From: Escherichia phage ECML-183-2
Length of the DNA stretch: 64,000 nt
Sequence record: OL631481.1
Reading direction: 5' to 3' (one strand)
Of the stretch, positions 1-9,027 are shown in pieces (position 1 is the stretch's first letter; the number at the start of each line of letters is the position of its first letter). The notes under the pieces were generated by a model. It was not told the DNA's origin, ran no database searches, and was given only the letters and a program-made list of their open reading frames with translations. Made by a program: the position numbers and the translations under genes.

Positions 1-422
1 AGGATCTCGTCCGTGTCGTAAGTATAACCTGGAACACCAAGTTCACATTTCTTAAGATAGCTTTCTAACCAGCGGTGATAATTCTTAACCCATTCATACT
101 GTGCTACCTTTTCTTTTACCCAATCTACACGATCTTTATCATAATGTTGAGTGCCAAGGAAAAAACCATTGTGGAAACTTTCCTCACCGAAAGGATAAAT
201 TGGATCTAAACCATCTTCTTCAAATAACATTTTTAATCTGTTTGATGTAGATTTCTTAGTTTCTGAATTGTAGTTTGTGGTTATAAGCCAATCTTCCAAA
301 CAACGACACAAACCTTGACGAGAATCCCAAGGAAAAACACAATCTCCGACAGGAGCTTGTTTCGCCCATTTCAACCAGCCTTTAAAAAAGTTATACAGTA
401 TGTAGTCTTCAGTGTAATACAT
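1..422 (-). CDS. paralog family A protein, partial (continues beyond window start)
   Basis: ATG at 422 preceded by AAAGGAGGAG; frame checked open down to position 3; N-terminus shares W/Y-L-W..AP and GLC..L motifs with five other copies in window. Confidence 0.5.
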   Translation of the reverse strand, partial: MYYTEDYILYNFFKGWLKWAKQAPVGDCVFPWDSRQGLCRCLEDWLITTNYNSETKKSTSNRLKMLFEEDGLDPIYPFGEESFHNGFFLGTQHYDKDRVDWVKEKVAQYEWVKNYHRWLESYLKKCELGVPGYTYDTDEI

Positions 423-473
423 TATCTCCTCCTTTACGTATACAATAACACCCCGAAGAACGGGGTGCAACTG

Positions 474-1085
474 TTATTTAATCTGTTTGAAAATTTCGTT
501 TGGAACGGTACCGTTTAAAATACCTTCTACGATCTCTTGTGCAGATGTGTAAGAGAGTCCAAAAGAAGCTACGCCTAAAATTGCCTCCTTCAAAGGATCT
601 GGCAGGGGTTCAAAATTACCTGCAACAAAGCCACCTGCACAAGCAGCGCCTTCATCATCCCAGAAAACAACTGCTACATCGTTACCATGCGAAGTTGTGC
701 GATGTGCAATAACTTCAACTTCGGTGCCTTCTTTAGGAACAGAATAAGAACTGTCCCAAGAATATCTTTCCAAGTCAGGAACAAAGATAACCTTTTCACC
801 TACTGGCGGCAGTTCACAACGATAATACCAAGAATTTTTTTCGTTCATTGCTTTATTTTCCTCCACGTCTTCAAAAGTAACGATCCAATCGTAGCCGTAA
901 GAAAACGGATATTTTAGATCTAAAGAATAAGTTTGACCTAGATCGTCCTCAACAAGAACCATCCTGTCAAAGTTTGCGATGTTAGGATTATGTTTAATGA
1001 CAGGGTATGTTTCCCCTACAGTAAATTGTCCTAAATGGTAAAGTTCATCTCTCCAAGTAATTTGGACATAAGTGCATTGAATCAT
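474..1085 (-). CDS. hypothetical protein (203 aa)
   Basis: long ORF in minus-strand block; GGGGGTG upstream of ATG. Confidence 0.5.
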   Translation of the reverse strand: MIQCTYVQITWRDELYHLGQFTVGETYPVIKHNPNIANFDRMVLVEDDLGQTYSLDLKYPFSYGYDWIVTFEDVEENKAMNEKNSWYYRCELPPVGEKVIFVPDLERYSWDSSYSVPKEGTEVEVIAHRTTSHGNDVAVVFWDDEGAACAGGFVAGNFEPLPDPLKEAILGVASFGLSYTSAQEIVEGILNGTVPNEIFKQIK

Positions 1086-1089
1086 AAAA

Positions 1090-1362
1090 TCACCCCCAAG
1101 AAATATTTATATATCTTACAATGTTTGCACTGTCTAAAGCCATGTTTGCACCACACCCACGCTCGCGCCAGTAACTAACAATACCTTCACAGATACTCTC
1201 TTGTATCTTCTTATCACTTGGCATTTCTAGTATAAGACTTGGGTTGTGGATGTTTATGTTATAATATCCTTCCTCTGCGGCTTGAGCTACCAATTTACTT
1301 ACTTTTTCAAAGTACGGGGAATTAGTGGCATCTGCTATTGTTTTTAAGGTTTGTCTATCCAT
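1090..1362 (-). CDS. hypothetical protein (90 aa)
   Basis: ORF tightly packed in minus-strand block. Confidence 0.45.
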   Translation of the reverse strand: MDRQTLKTIADATNSPYFEKVSKLVAQAAEEGYYNINIHNPSLILEMPSDKKIQESICEGIVSYWRERGCGANMALDSANIVRYINISWG

Positions 1363-1727
1363 TATTCTGCCTCATCATAGAAGAAATCCAACTCTTGTTC
1401 CAGTTGTTTAACTTGATCCTTAACCCACTGTACACGTTTTTCATTAAACATGCAACGTTTTTCCTTACACTCTTGCTCAAAAGATTTTGCTGTGTTAAAC
1501 GGGAAAGTTGTATCTAAACCAGCATTTTCAAAACTGGCTAATTGCATACCATAAACAGAATATGCTAAAGAATGATCGGCTCGAAATTCATCACTTATAT
1601 ACATACGTAGACCTCGGCATAAGCCAACATCAGCGTAACCACTTTCTCTTGGAAAGAGACGGAGGTGTTCTAACCAATTATTATAGAAATCTAAAAGAAT
1701 CCTCTTACACTTCAAATCGATTGTCAT
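1362..1727 (-). CDS. paralog family A protein
   Basis: start moved to internal ATG (MTIDL) with GAAGGAGA RBS; motifs DFY..WL, GLC..L, FPFN, WVKDQ. Confidence 0.5.
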   Translation of the reverse strand: MTIDLKCKRILLDFYNNWLEHLRLFPRESGYADVGLCRGLRMYISDEFRADHSLAYSVYGMQLASFENAGLDTTFPFNTAKSFEQECKEKRCMFNEKRVQWVKDQVKQLEQELDFFYDEAE

Positions 1728-2127
1728 AAAAAGTTTCTCCTTCATCGAACAAGTTGGCAAGATTGTTCACGGCAATCTGGGTGGAAAGAAGACAACTGTT
1801 TGCAGACACATAAGCACGAGCTATTTTGTAAACATAGGCTTTCGTATTACAATTGTCTAGGATCGGAAGACTTTCGTCGATAGCATCTATAACACTAAAC
1901 ATCACATCTAAAACTTTAATTGTAAGTATTGTATCTATATCTTCGTAACCTTTTTCAATCCGACCTGAATAGAAAGCATAGTCCTCAACAGTTCGTCGTT
2001 TAAACTGGCGCATAAAATCGGAACCATCTGTAGTAGAATTGAACAAATTTTCAAAAAATACCTCCCATCCGGCAAAAAGGGCTGACAGCATGATTAAGTG
2101 ATCTACAGATTCATTTTCTTGTTTCAT
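1705..2127 (-). CDS. hypothetical protein (140 aa)
   Basis: ORF with AGGAGAGG RBS. Confidence 0.5.
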   Translation of the reverse strand: MKQENESVDHLIMLSALFAGWEVFFENLFNSTTDGSDFMRQFKRRTVEDYAFYSGRIEKGYEDIDTILTIKVLDVMFSVIDAIDESLPILDNCNTKAYVYKIARAYVSANSCLLSTQIAVNNLANLFDEGETFYDNRFEV

Positions 2128-2135
2128 ATCCTCTC

Positions 2136-2807
2136 CTATTTAATGTTCAATCTAGCACACAAGCGAGAAACAGTTTTAGCATCCCACTTACCACCACGTG
2201 CTGTTGCGATTTTCTTACTATTGAATTTTTCAGCAATAGTTTTGTAAGGTGTATTTAAATCTCTAAGGATCTCCAAGCGTTCACGAAATGTCTCTGCAAA
2301 AGCGTCTGCTTTAACAGAATTGTATTCCATTTTTCCTTTTCTACGTGCAGCGGCAGTTTTAGGATTAGCACTGCCTAACAAAACACCTTTGCTTTTTGCT
2401 ACAGCAAGACCCTTTTTAATACGATCAGCAATACCTCTAACTTCTTGTTCAGCCAGAACAGACAGAAGCTGTATAACCATTTTATCTGCGTCTGGCATGA
2501 TGGCTATCTTAACATCGATCATTTCTAGAAGAGTTGCTACGGAGGCGTTGTTACGACCCAAGCGGTCAACTTTAGCTACCAATAAAGTTGCTCCGGTAGC
2601 TTTACACATTTCAACCGCTTTAACCAGTTCCTTACGTTGCTTCCAATCGCCCTTACCAGAATAGTATTCAGAAAATTGACCAATAACTTCAGCATCAGGC
2701 ACAGAGTCTAAGAAGTAACGGATATCGTTCTCTTGGCTCTCCATACCATATTGTGCCTCACCTTTTTTCTGTTTAGAAAGACGACTGTAAACAACAAACT
2801 TTTTCAT
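2136..2807 (-). CDS. serine recombinase (resolvase/invertase family)
   Basis: N-terminal YSRLSKQ serine-nucleophile motif, DRLGRN motif, C-terminal HTH-like region; AGGAG RBS before ATG 2807. Confidence 0.7.
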   Translation of the reverse strand: MKKFVVYSRLSKQKKGEAQYGMESQENDIRYFLDSVPDAEVIGQFSEYYSGKGDWKQRKELVKAVEMCKATGATLLVAKVDRLGRNNASVATLLEMIDVKIAIMPDADKMVIQLLSVLAEQEVRGIADRIKKGLAVAKSKGVLLGSANPKTAAARRKGKMEYNSVKADAFAETFRERLEILRDLNTPYKTIAEKFNSKKIATARGGKWDAKTVSRLCARLNIK

Positions 2808-2836
2808 AACCACTCCTAAACCATTGCTGTATTCTC

Positions 2837-2865
2837 ACTTTACAAAACGAATAAACACTTGTCAA
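2837..2865 (-). promoter_or_regulatory. sigma70-like promoter for recombinase gene
   Basis: minus strand TTGACA-N17-TAAAGT. Confidence 0.5.
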
Positions 2866-2877
2866 GGTATTTATTAT

Positions 2878-3090
2878 TTACAGCCATTCTACTTTTAAGC
2901 AGTATTCTTCGACATGTTGTTTACGCTTGTTTTTGTCTATGTAAGTGTATTCAACAAATGTCCCAAGATAATCCTTGTCCACATTGTGTTGGCTATTAAT
3001 TGGACATTTAGTACGACAAACCCGTTGCCACTGACGAAGAATTACGGCTTTGTTTTTAGGATCAAAGGGATGAGGGTAATGTGCCTTCAT
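2878..3090 (-). CDS. hypothetical protein (70 aa)
   Basis: ORF with GGAGG RBS. Confidence 0.4.
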   Translation of the reverse strand: MKAHYPHPFDPKNKAVILRQWQRVCRTKCPINSQHNVDKDYLGTFVEYTYIDKNKRKQHVEEYCLKVEWL

Positions 3091-3414
3091 TCACGCCTCC
3101 TGTTTTAGTCGAAAAATATTTTGAATAACGAGAGATGTATAGTTATCACTTAGTCCCATAAGTTCTACTTCCAAGTTTCGAATATCTTCCACCGTAGGAG
3201 GATATGTTGGTAAAAATGCTTGAGCATTGCCAGATCCAACCTCATTGCTGTAAGCAGTTGTAAAATTGTAAGATACAAAACATGAAACACCTTTTTGTCG
3301 GTACCCGATTAATCGACGAATACACCAGATAAGAGCCAAACCTATGAGAACACCTCCTAAACCAGCTAACAAGAAGGATAAGTTCATAATAGCTTCGTTA
3401 ACAACTGCTTGCAT
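3091..3414 (-). CDS. hypothetical membrane protein (107 aa)
   Basis: hydrophobic N-terminal helix; AAGGAGA RBS. Confidence 0.5.
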   Translation of the reverse strand: MQAVVNEAIMNLSFLLAGLGGVLIGLALIWCIRRLIGYRQKGVSCFVSYNFTTAYSNEVGSGNAQAFLPTYPPTVEDIRNLEVELMGLSDNYTSLVIQNIFRLKQEA

Positions 3415-3424
3415 TCTTTTCTCC

Positions 3425-3724
3425 TTAGTTATGTAAACCCAAATGTGCTACAACTTCTCTACGATAAGATAACTGCATAGCGATTTTATAGCCAGGATGA
3501 AAACCATTTACATCAATGTCATCAAACCAAACCTCAAACGAACCGTGCTTAAGAGTCATTAAGTTGATATACCATTCGATAATATAATGATCGTCAGCAA
3601 TACCTTCGATGTAAAATTCTCGGCAACAGTGAGATAGGTCTTCACTTGTTTCACGTTTCCAGTCTTTGATAGCACCCTTCTCTTTGGCTTTATTCAGAAT
3701 CTTGATCAGGTCTTCAACTTGCAT
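3425..3724 (-). CDS. hypothetical protein (99 aa)
   Basis: ORF with GGAGAGA RBS. Confidence 0.5.
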   Translation of the reverse strand: MQVEDLIKILNKAKEKGAIKDWKRETSEDLSHCCREFYIEGIADDHYIIEWYINLMTLKHGSFEVWFDDIDVNGFHPGYKIAMQLSYRREVVAHLGLHN

Positions 3725-3753
3725 GTTTCTCTCCTTTTGTGGTTAATCTTTAT

Positions 3754-3782
3754 ATTTTAAATATTGTACCGTCTTCTGTCAA
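3754..3782 (-). promoter_or_regulatory. sigma70-like promoter
   Basis: minus strand TTGACA-N17-TAAAAT upstream of 3425-3724. Confidence 0.45.
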
Positions 3783-4192
3783 ATAGCCTCTTTCTCTAAA
3801 ACAACTCTTTGGATCACAACATCTTCAATGTTTGCCAAACAATGACCCAAAGTCAATCCTGCCTTGAAAGGTGCTTGTAGTTTGGATTCGGCTTCTACGC
3901 GAACAGAATGTTCCGCTCCGCACATGGTGTAATCTACACGGTAAACATTTAAACCTAAGAACATAGATTCTTCTTCTTCACAACAAGGATTGAGTTCAGC
4001 CCATTCCCAAGCATCTCCTTCTAAAGCAAATGGAGTGTTGTAATTGAAGAAAGTGCAGCGCGGATATTCCCCGTTGAAAGAATCTTTCAACAGGATATAT
4101 TTCTTACCATTTGCATGGAAGAGTTCTCCTTTGATAACCTTACCTACAAGGATATCACTGTTAGTGGAACGGGTGCAAATAAATTTTTTCAT
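3779..4192 (-). CDS. hypothetical protein (137 aa)
   Basis: ORF with GAGGAGA RBS. Confidence 0.5.
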   Translation of the reverse strand: MKKFICTRSTNSDILVGKVIKGELFHANGKKYILLKDSFNGEYPRCTFFNYNTPFALEGDAWEWAELNPCCEEEESMFLGLNVYRVDYTMCGAEHSVRVEAESKLQAPFKAGLTLGHCLANIEDVVIQRVVLEKEAI

Positions 4193-4221
4193 GATTTTCT
4201 CCTCTCTGTTTCGATGAGATG

Positions 4222-4250
4222 ATTATGACAAAGACAGATCCTTCTGTCAA
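4222..4250 (-). promoter_or_regulatory. sigma70-like promoter
   Basis: minus strand TTGACA-N17-CATAAT upstream of 3779-4192. Confidence 0.4.
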
Positions 4251-4567
4251 CCAATTATTTCTTCTGCTACACGTTCTTTTACCCAGTTCACACGATCCAC
4301 ATTCAAATGACAACGGCTTTTTTCCGCTTCTAAGGTGTACTTTCCAAAATTACTGTTGAAAGGCAACACCATAACCAAACCTTTGAGGTAGAACTGCTCA
4401 TGCATTTCATCCAGTACAGGTTCGTATCGTTCGCTTTCTCCTATGTCGTAAAAATCATAGAGGTTCGTGCACAAACCTGTGCAACGGGTGAACGGTTCAC
4501 CTTCAGGAGCACCAGCTTCCAACCATGCCAAATACGTGCGGTAAAATGTTAATAGTTCTTCGCTCAT
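4247..4567 (-). CDS. paralog family A protein
   Basis: AAGGAGA RBS before ATG 4567; motifs FY..YL.WL..GAP, GLC.NL, PFN, R.NWVK.R. Confidence 0.5.
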   Translation of the reverse strand: MSEELLTFYRTYLAWLEAGAPEGEPFTRCTGLCTNLYDFYDIGESERYEPVLDEMHEQFYLKGLVMVLPFNSNFGKYTLEAEKSRCHLNVDRVNWVKERVAEEIIG

Positions 4568-4776
4568 TTCCACTCTCCTTCGTGATAGTAAACCTCAAAA
4601 GAATAGTAAGTGAACATGCTCATTGTAACACCTGCCATTTCTGGATCAAAGGGGGTGTTGTTATACATGTCAACTACTGCCTGACCCGCTGCTTTGGCAT
4701 GTGCTGCTGAATCACAGGCACAAACATCTTTCTCCCACGGAAACTTGCCATCATACTTAAGACGGACAATCCACAT
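4564..4776 (-). CDS. hypothetical protein (70 aa)
   Basis: ORF with GGAGG RBS. Confidence 0.45.
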   Translation of the reverse strand: MWIVRLKYDGKFPWEKDVCACDSAAHAKAAGQAVVDMYNNTPFDPEMAGVTMSMFTYYSFEVYYHEGEWK

Positions 4777-4778
4777 GC

Positions 4779-5006
4779 TTATTCCTCCATCTCAAACCAT
4801 TCAGGGAACACTTTATGGAAGACACGGGTTGTTTCCAAAAGGAATTCCAATTCTTTTTCCAGATCTGCGTTCCAATCGTGCACTTTAACATTGATTGCCA
4901 ATGCACTTGCACGGCGACTTAATTCTTGACAGATTGGATCACGCAGAACTATTGAGTCGTAAAACTGACAAACAGCTTCAAGTTCATACCAGTTATAATC
5001 CGACAT
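4779..5006 (-). CDS. hypothetical protein (75 aa)
   Basis: ORF with GAGGAGG RBS. Confidence 0.45.
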   Translation of the reverse strand: MSDYNWYELEAVCQFYDSIVLRDPICQELSRRASALAINVKVHDWNADLEKELEFLLETTRVFHKVFPEWFEMEE

Positions 5007-5332
5007 TATTCATCCTCCTCTGCAATACGATCTCTTACCCAATTAATTCTGTCCACGTTCAGGTGACAGGCATCTGCATCTGACTCTAAGACATATGCAT
5101 CGTAGTTCTCATTGAAAGGGAGTTCTTGATTCAACACTTTATGGTAAAACTGTGCGTGCATTTCATCTGACAAGGTTGTTATAATGGGGTTGTAATTACC
5201 TCTGTGCACATAATCGAACAAGTTGGCACACAAACCACAATCCCGCCGAAAAGGTTTACCATCAGGAGCACCAACATCAATCCATGCTAGATAAATTTTA
5301 TAAAACTCCATCAACCTTGCGCTTGTTTTCAT
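5006..5332 (-). CDS. paralog family A protein
   Basis: GAGGTGG RBS; same motif set as other family A copies. Confidence 0.5.
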   Translation of the reverse strand: MKTSARLMEFYKIYLAWIDVGAPDGKPFRRDCGLCANLFDYVHRGNYNPIITTLSDEMHAQFYHKVLNQELPFNENYDAYVLESDADACHLNVDRINWVRDRIAEEDE

Positions 5333-5570
5333 TTAGCCACCTCGTTAGTTTTTCTTGCTCTTTGTTTGCGCGTTCTAAGCTTCTGAACTTTAAACAGAGG
5401 GAACGAGAATCCCTACCCATGCACAAGCTTTCATCTAAGCTGTGCTCCCCAACCAACCAAAGAGAGTATGTTTGAACATCTAACCCATAGTTTCTGTCTT
5501 TCCATAATCTCACCCCAAGAACATCAAAAGGAGCTTCCGCGACTAAAGAAAGGAACCGATCTTTATTCAT
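5298..5570 (-). CDS. hypothetical protein (90 aa)
   Basis: ORF with AAGGTGG RBS. Confidence 0.45.
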   Translation of the reverse strand: MNKDRFLSLVAEAPFDVLGVRLWKDRNYGLDVQTYSLWLVGEHSLDESLCMGRDSRSLCLKFRSLERANKEQEKLTRWLNENKRKVDGVL

Positions 5571-5601
5571 ATTACACCACCTTACTCACGTTGATAATGT
5601 A

Positions 5602-5629
5602 TGTATACCATACATAAAATAAATGTCAA
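5602..5629 (-). promoter_or_regulatory. sigma70-like promoter
   Basis: minus strand TTGACA-N16-TATACA upstream of 5298-5570. Confidence 0.4.
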
Positions 5630-5632
5630 GGC

Positions 5633-5833
5633 TTATCGACACAGATAGTTGTAACGATCTGCTTTATCCTCTGCTTCAGCAAAGTCAGCAATCAAGGAAG
5701 TTTTAAGTTCTTCCAACTCTTTCACCCAAGAGTCGTAATCGTTCTGTGTTTCTCCAATAGTTTGGAGAAAACAATCGTCGTAGCCAATAGACATGGCTAA
5801 CTCGATAATACGTTCCAGTTTTTCTTCCATCAC
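5633..5833 (-). CDS. hypothetical protein (66 aa)
   Basis: ORF with AAGGAGAG RBS. Confidence 0.45.
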   Translation of the reverse strand: MMEEKLERIIELAMSIGYDDCFLQTIGETQNDYDSWVKELEELKTSLIADFAEAEDKADRYNYLCR

Positions 5834-6192
5834 TTCTCTCCTTCTACAGACTTCTGTTTAACATAGAAGTAAGCACCACGAGCAAGATACAAATCATGTT
5901 CAATATCGCTCACAGGAAAACCATTTGGATTTTTAAAACCATCTTCTACAGCCAAAATGAGAGATCGTAAACTGATAGCTAACAACTCCATTTGATCTTG
6001 TAGTTTTCTATTTTCTGCGTAAAGGTTTTTGCATTTTTGTTCTGCATTTTTCCATTGTTCTAATGCATGATCATAGCGGTGCATAAGAATAGCTTTTTCT
6101 TGTTCACGCTTAAAAGTTTCTTCACAAATGAAACCTGTGCCTAAACCAGTTTCTTCGTCTTTGACAAACACTTCAACAAAATCTTTAGACAT
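5830..6192 (-). CDS. hypothetical protein (120 aa)
   Basis: start moved to internal ATG (MSKDF) with AGGAGA RBS, removing overlap with upstream ORF. Confidence 0.45.
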   Translation of the reverse strand: MSKDFVEVFVKDEETGLGTGFICEETFKREQEKAILMHRYDHALEQWKNAEQKCKNLYAENRKLQDQMELLAISLRSLILAVEDGFKNPNGFPVSDIEHDLYLARGAYFYVKQKSVEGEK

Positions 6193-6193
6193 A

Positions 6194-6484
6194 TTATCTC
6201 CTATTTGCTTTCGGATACTCCCAACCCTCTGGGAGATCTTCTTTACACATCCACTCAAAAGGCCAGCGACAATAACTGTGCCACTTTCCATCGAGATACA
6301 AACAATCTTCATCTACTGGTCCACAAGGGTTGATAACTACAACACACCCTTTCGCTCGCCAATATTGAACTATTTCAGGGTAAAAACAAGAAACGTCGGT
6401 CCACTCCCAAATACGTTCATCATTCAGACGGTAGGCTGCTGGTAATGTTTCTTTCATAGTATTAAACCTGAGCCAAGGAGTCAC
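6194..6484 (-). CDS. hypothetical Cys/Trp-rich protein
   Basis: ORF; start codon uncertain (GTG at 6484 or ATG at 6457). Confidence 0.4.
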   Translation of the reverse strand: MTPWLRFNTMKETLPAAYRLNDERIWEWTDVSCFYPEIVQYWRAKGCVVVINPCGPVDEDCLYLDGKWHSYCRWPFEWMCKEDLPEGWEYPKANRR

Positions 6485-6698
6485 GCCAATTACGGCTATC
6501 TCCTTCTCCTAAATACCAGTAATCCGCAGCATTAAAAACTTGATAAGGAATACGCCACGCATAAGCGAAATCTGGAATCTCCGGTTTATGACTGTAACCA
6601 TAACGCTCGCCACTCGAATCTGTTGCAATATAATTAACAAATTCAGGAACCTCTAAAATTTCACCTTGATACTCTACACGCTTGAAGCCATCTTCCAC
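6462..6698 (-). CDS. hypothetical protein (78 aa)
   Basis: GTG start with GGGGGAGG RBS. Confidence 0.45.
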   Translation of the reverse strand: MEDGFKRVEYQGEILEVPEFVNYIATDSSGERYGYSHKPEIPDFAYAWRIPYQVFNAADYWYLGEGDSRNWRDSLAQV

Positions 6699-6918
6699 TT
6701 GTTCCTCCCCCTTCTACCAGAAGGGCAAGAAGTTTGATGTGAGGGCAAGTGAAATCTTGTCCTGGATAACGTGAACGGATATCAGTTAACAATGCGATCA
6801 CAGCATCCGATAACTCTTTATAATCCTCATATCTTACAAATGTGCCTTCTGTCGGATCATCAGGACACAAACGCCAAACATCGTTGCAGTTTACAGCATA
6901 ATGTCGCACTTTAGTCAT
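6661..6918 (-). CDS. hypothetical protein (85 aa)
   Basis: ORF with AAGGGG RBS. Confidence 0.45.
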   Translation of the reverse strand: MTKVRHYAVNCNDVWRLCPDDPTEGTFVRYEDYKELSDAVIALLTDIRSRYPGQDFTCPHIKLLALLVEGGGTSGRWLQACRVSR

Positions 6919-6927
6919 AAATACCCC

Positions 6928-7326
6928 TTATCGTTGCGTACAATCAGCTTCTAGAGTAAGAACATTCGTTATTGTTTTATCATTTTTTAGAAATGCAAAC
7001 CAAGCCAAAGTGTCTCGATACTCTGTGCGCATCATTACTACTTCAGTAGTGCCAATAAATTGTTGTGAACCGTACATAGCACTACCATCTTTACTTTTTT
7101 CTCCTGTGTATTGCAGAATGCCACTCATCAAAGCACCGCCTGAATTTTTAAGGATAAAGGAGTTATCTTTATTAATGACAACAGAAGCCATTTTCTTAGG
7201 ACCAGAAATCACTTCACCTTTCAGATTTTTAACAACCACATCTGACACACACTCATAAACTTGAGACGCACTTGCTGTTCCAAGTGATGCAATGAGTAAC
7301 AACAAACCTACGATGATCTTTTTCAT
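6928..7326 (-). CDS. secreted protein with N-terminal signal peptide (132 aa)
   Basis: MKKIIVGLLLLIASLGTASA signal-like N-terminus; AGAGGAGAG RBS. Confidence 0.5.
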   Translation of the reverse strand: MKKIIVGLLLLIASLGTASASQVYECVSDVVVKNLKGEVISGPKKMASVVINKDNSFILKNSGGALMSGILQYTGEKSKDGSAMYGSQQFIGTTEVVMMRTEYRDTLAWFAFLKNDKTITNVLTLEADCTQR

Positions 7327-7422
7327 ATAAACTCTCCTCTTTGTTTACCCGATGCGCCCCCTGTTGGGCGGAAAGGGTTGTACGCAAAATTTTTAGCTCC
7401 AATCGTCGGGTGTCCCGACTCC

Positions 7423-7629
7423 TTACGCTTTTAATGTTTTAACAGAATGACAAGCTTTGCAAACAATAACCGGAACAAGTTCATCTCCATTATCCGCATA
7501 AATCACTGTTTTCTTCATTCTGCCACCACATGAACAATACTCTGTATGATCCGCTGGAATATTAAATATTCCGTAATCACTTTCATACTGTTTCTTACAT
7601 ATGGACACTGCTTTCGTAAAACAAGACAT
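7423..7629 (-). CDS. small zinc-ribbon-like protein (68 aa)
   Basis: two Cys pairs (C..C.....C..C); GGAGTAGG RBS. Confidence 0.45.
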   Translation of the reverse strand: MSCFTKAVSICKKQYESDYGIFNIPADHTEYCSCGGRMKKTVIYADNGDELVPVIVCKACHSVKTLKA

Positions 7630-7631
7630 GC

Positions 7632-7853
7632 CTACTCCGCAAGAACCTTCACTTCGTCAGAGAAGAATACGTAATCACAACCTTCCCAAACATCTTCTTC
7701 AAACCACTCCCATCCCTCGACTTTGGACATTTCTTCTATCGTAACAAAGAATGTTGTCATATCCTCACTAACAAGATGTGCTTCAACAACAAAAGGAATC
7801 TGAACATTCTCAAAACCAACATAACCCAATACATCACAAACTCTAATTTTCAT
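7632..7853 (-). CDS. paralog family C protein (73 aa)
   Basis: shares W.WFEEDV.EG.DYVFF motif with 11967-12188. Confidence 0.45.
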   Translation of the reverse strand: MKIRVCDVLGYVGFENVQIPFVVEAHLVSEDMTTFFVTIEEMSKVEGWEWFEEDVWEGCDYVFFSDEVKVLAE

Positions 7854-7854
7854 A

Positions 7855-8043
7855 TTATGCTCCTCTGTAGATTATGTTGGTGCGTTCACACTCTGCTACC
7901 AGCAAGCGATTAGCAATGTTATCCATAGGAACATCAATCTCTACACTCCAGGCATTGATACACACTTCTTCAATCTTTGCTCCCAACGTTTGTGCGATCA
8001 GAGCAACAGCCCCAGCATATTCAAGTTTAATCTCAATTACCAT
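7855..8043 (-). CDS. hypothetical protein (62 aa)
   Basis: start moved to ATG with GAGGTG RBS. Confidence 0.4.
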   Translation of the reverse strand: MVIEIKLEYAGAVALIAQTLGAKIEEVCINAWSVEIDVPMDNIANRLLVAECERTNIIYRGA

Positions 8044-8057
8044 TTTGCACCTCAAGG

Positions 8058-8288
8058 TTATTTGTCTTGCTTGTATCTTACAAGGCGATCACACTCCAGG
8101 TCAAGAAATTTCTCCGCATTTCGTTCATGTTTGAGCACAATACATTGTTCTTTCCAGTCTGTAGCTCTTTGCTGCGCTGCTCCTGGGTCAAAATCCCAAA
8201 GCCATGCCGCGAAAAGAACAACTACCCAAAGCCATACCGCGAAAAGAACAACTATAACAATTACTAAGAAACTAAACACTATTGGCAT
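8058..8288 (-). CDS. small membrane protein with internal tandem repeat
   Basis: hydrophobic; AGGAGG RBS before ATG 8288; contains about 30-bp tandem duplication. Confidence 0.4.
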   Translation of the reverse strand: MPIVFSFLVIVIVVLFAVWLWVVVLFAAWLWDFDPGAAQQRATDWKEQCIVLKHERNAEKFLDLECDRLVRYKQDK

Positions 8289-8593
8289 TGCACATCCTCC
8301 TGTGTAGCATGATCTTTTACCCATTTTATACGGGCAGCATTCAAATGCAATAGCCCGTTTCTTTGTGCAAAATCATATTTAAACCAGTCTCCGTCATCAA
8401 ACGGGTATTCTTCAGACAACCCTGCTTCTCGAAATTGCATTTGCATTTCATAATTTAGATCATCGTAACCACCAGTCCAAAGGTAGAGGCAACTGCACAA
8501 ACCTTTATCGTGCCAGAAAGGATTATTATCTGGAGCACCAGCTAACAGCCAATTATGATAGGCTTGATAAAATTCTTTAAGTTCTTCTGACAT
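8279..8593 (-). CDS. paralog family A protein
   Basis: AGGGGGT RBS; motifs FY..Y..WL.AGAP, GLC, PFD, WVKD. Confidence 0.5.
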   Translation of the reverse strand: MSEELKEFYQAYHNWLLAGAPDNNPFWHDKGLCSCLYLWTGGYDDLNYEMQMQFREAGLSEEYPFDDGDWFKYDFAQRNGLLHLNAARIKWVKDHATQEDVQCQ

Positions 8594-8770
8594 TTAACCC
8601 CCTGTGTACAGTGTTGAAAGATACACAGCAAAAGCATTCTCGGCTGTTTTAACCTCCTCTTCAAGATCTTCACGCTCTGTTGGCGTTAGCGCATTTCGCA
8701 CAGCAGCGTCTGCTTCTCGGATTTTTCTTACTAAACGTGAAACATCTTTCAGTTGTTGAAAAGTAGCCAT
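8594..8770 (-). CDS. hypothetical protein (58 aa)
   Basis: start moved to ATG after AAAGGAGG RBS. Confidence 0.4.
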   Translation of the reverse strand: MATFQQLKDVSRLVRKIREADAAVRNALTPTEREDLEEEVKTAENAFAVYLSTLYTGG

Positions 8771-8783
8771 AATCTTCCTCCTT

Positions 8784-9017
8784 TTAGTCAAACCAGTTGT
8801 ATTCGGAAGGGTAACGAGCGTAGTTTGGCTTGTACCCCAGTCTTTTCATCTTAACAGACATACGAGTGAAGCCAAAGGTTGTTTTGCCCTTAGACATAAA
8901 CTTCTTCCCACTCTTCATTGGCTTCTTAGGGTTTTTGATCGTCTGGTGTAACGCTCGCGCAAGCCACAGAGTGTATGCGCTCGGCACTTGATTAACTTTC
9001 ATCTTGTTACCTTTCAT
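8784..9017 (-). CDS. small basic protein (77 aa)
   Basis: start moved to ATG after AAGGAGG RBS; K/R-rich. Confidence 0.4.
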   Translation of the reverse strand: MKGNKMKVNQVPSAYTLWLARALHQTIKNPKKPMKSGKKFMSKGKTTFGFTRMSVKMKRLGYKPNYARYPSEYNWFD

Positions 9018-9027
9018 CGAAACCTCC

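Noticed and set aside
2136-2807. Interpreting the serine recombinase as evidence of a temperate prophage
   Set aside because: It is a small resolvase/invertase type, not a large serine integrase, and no repressor, attachment site or host flanking genes are present; the window is phage DNA throughout.
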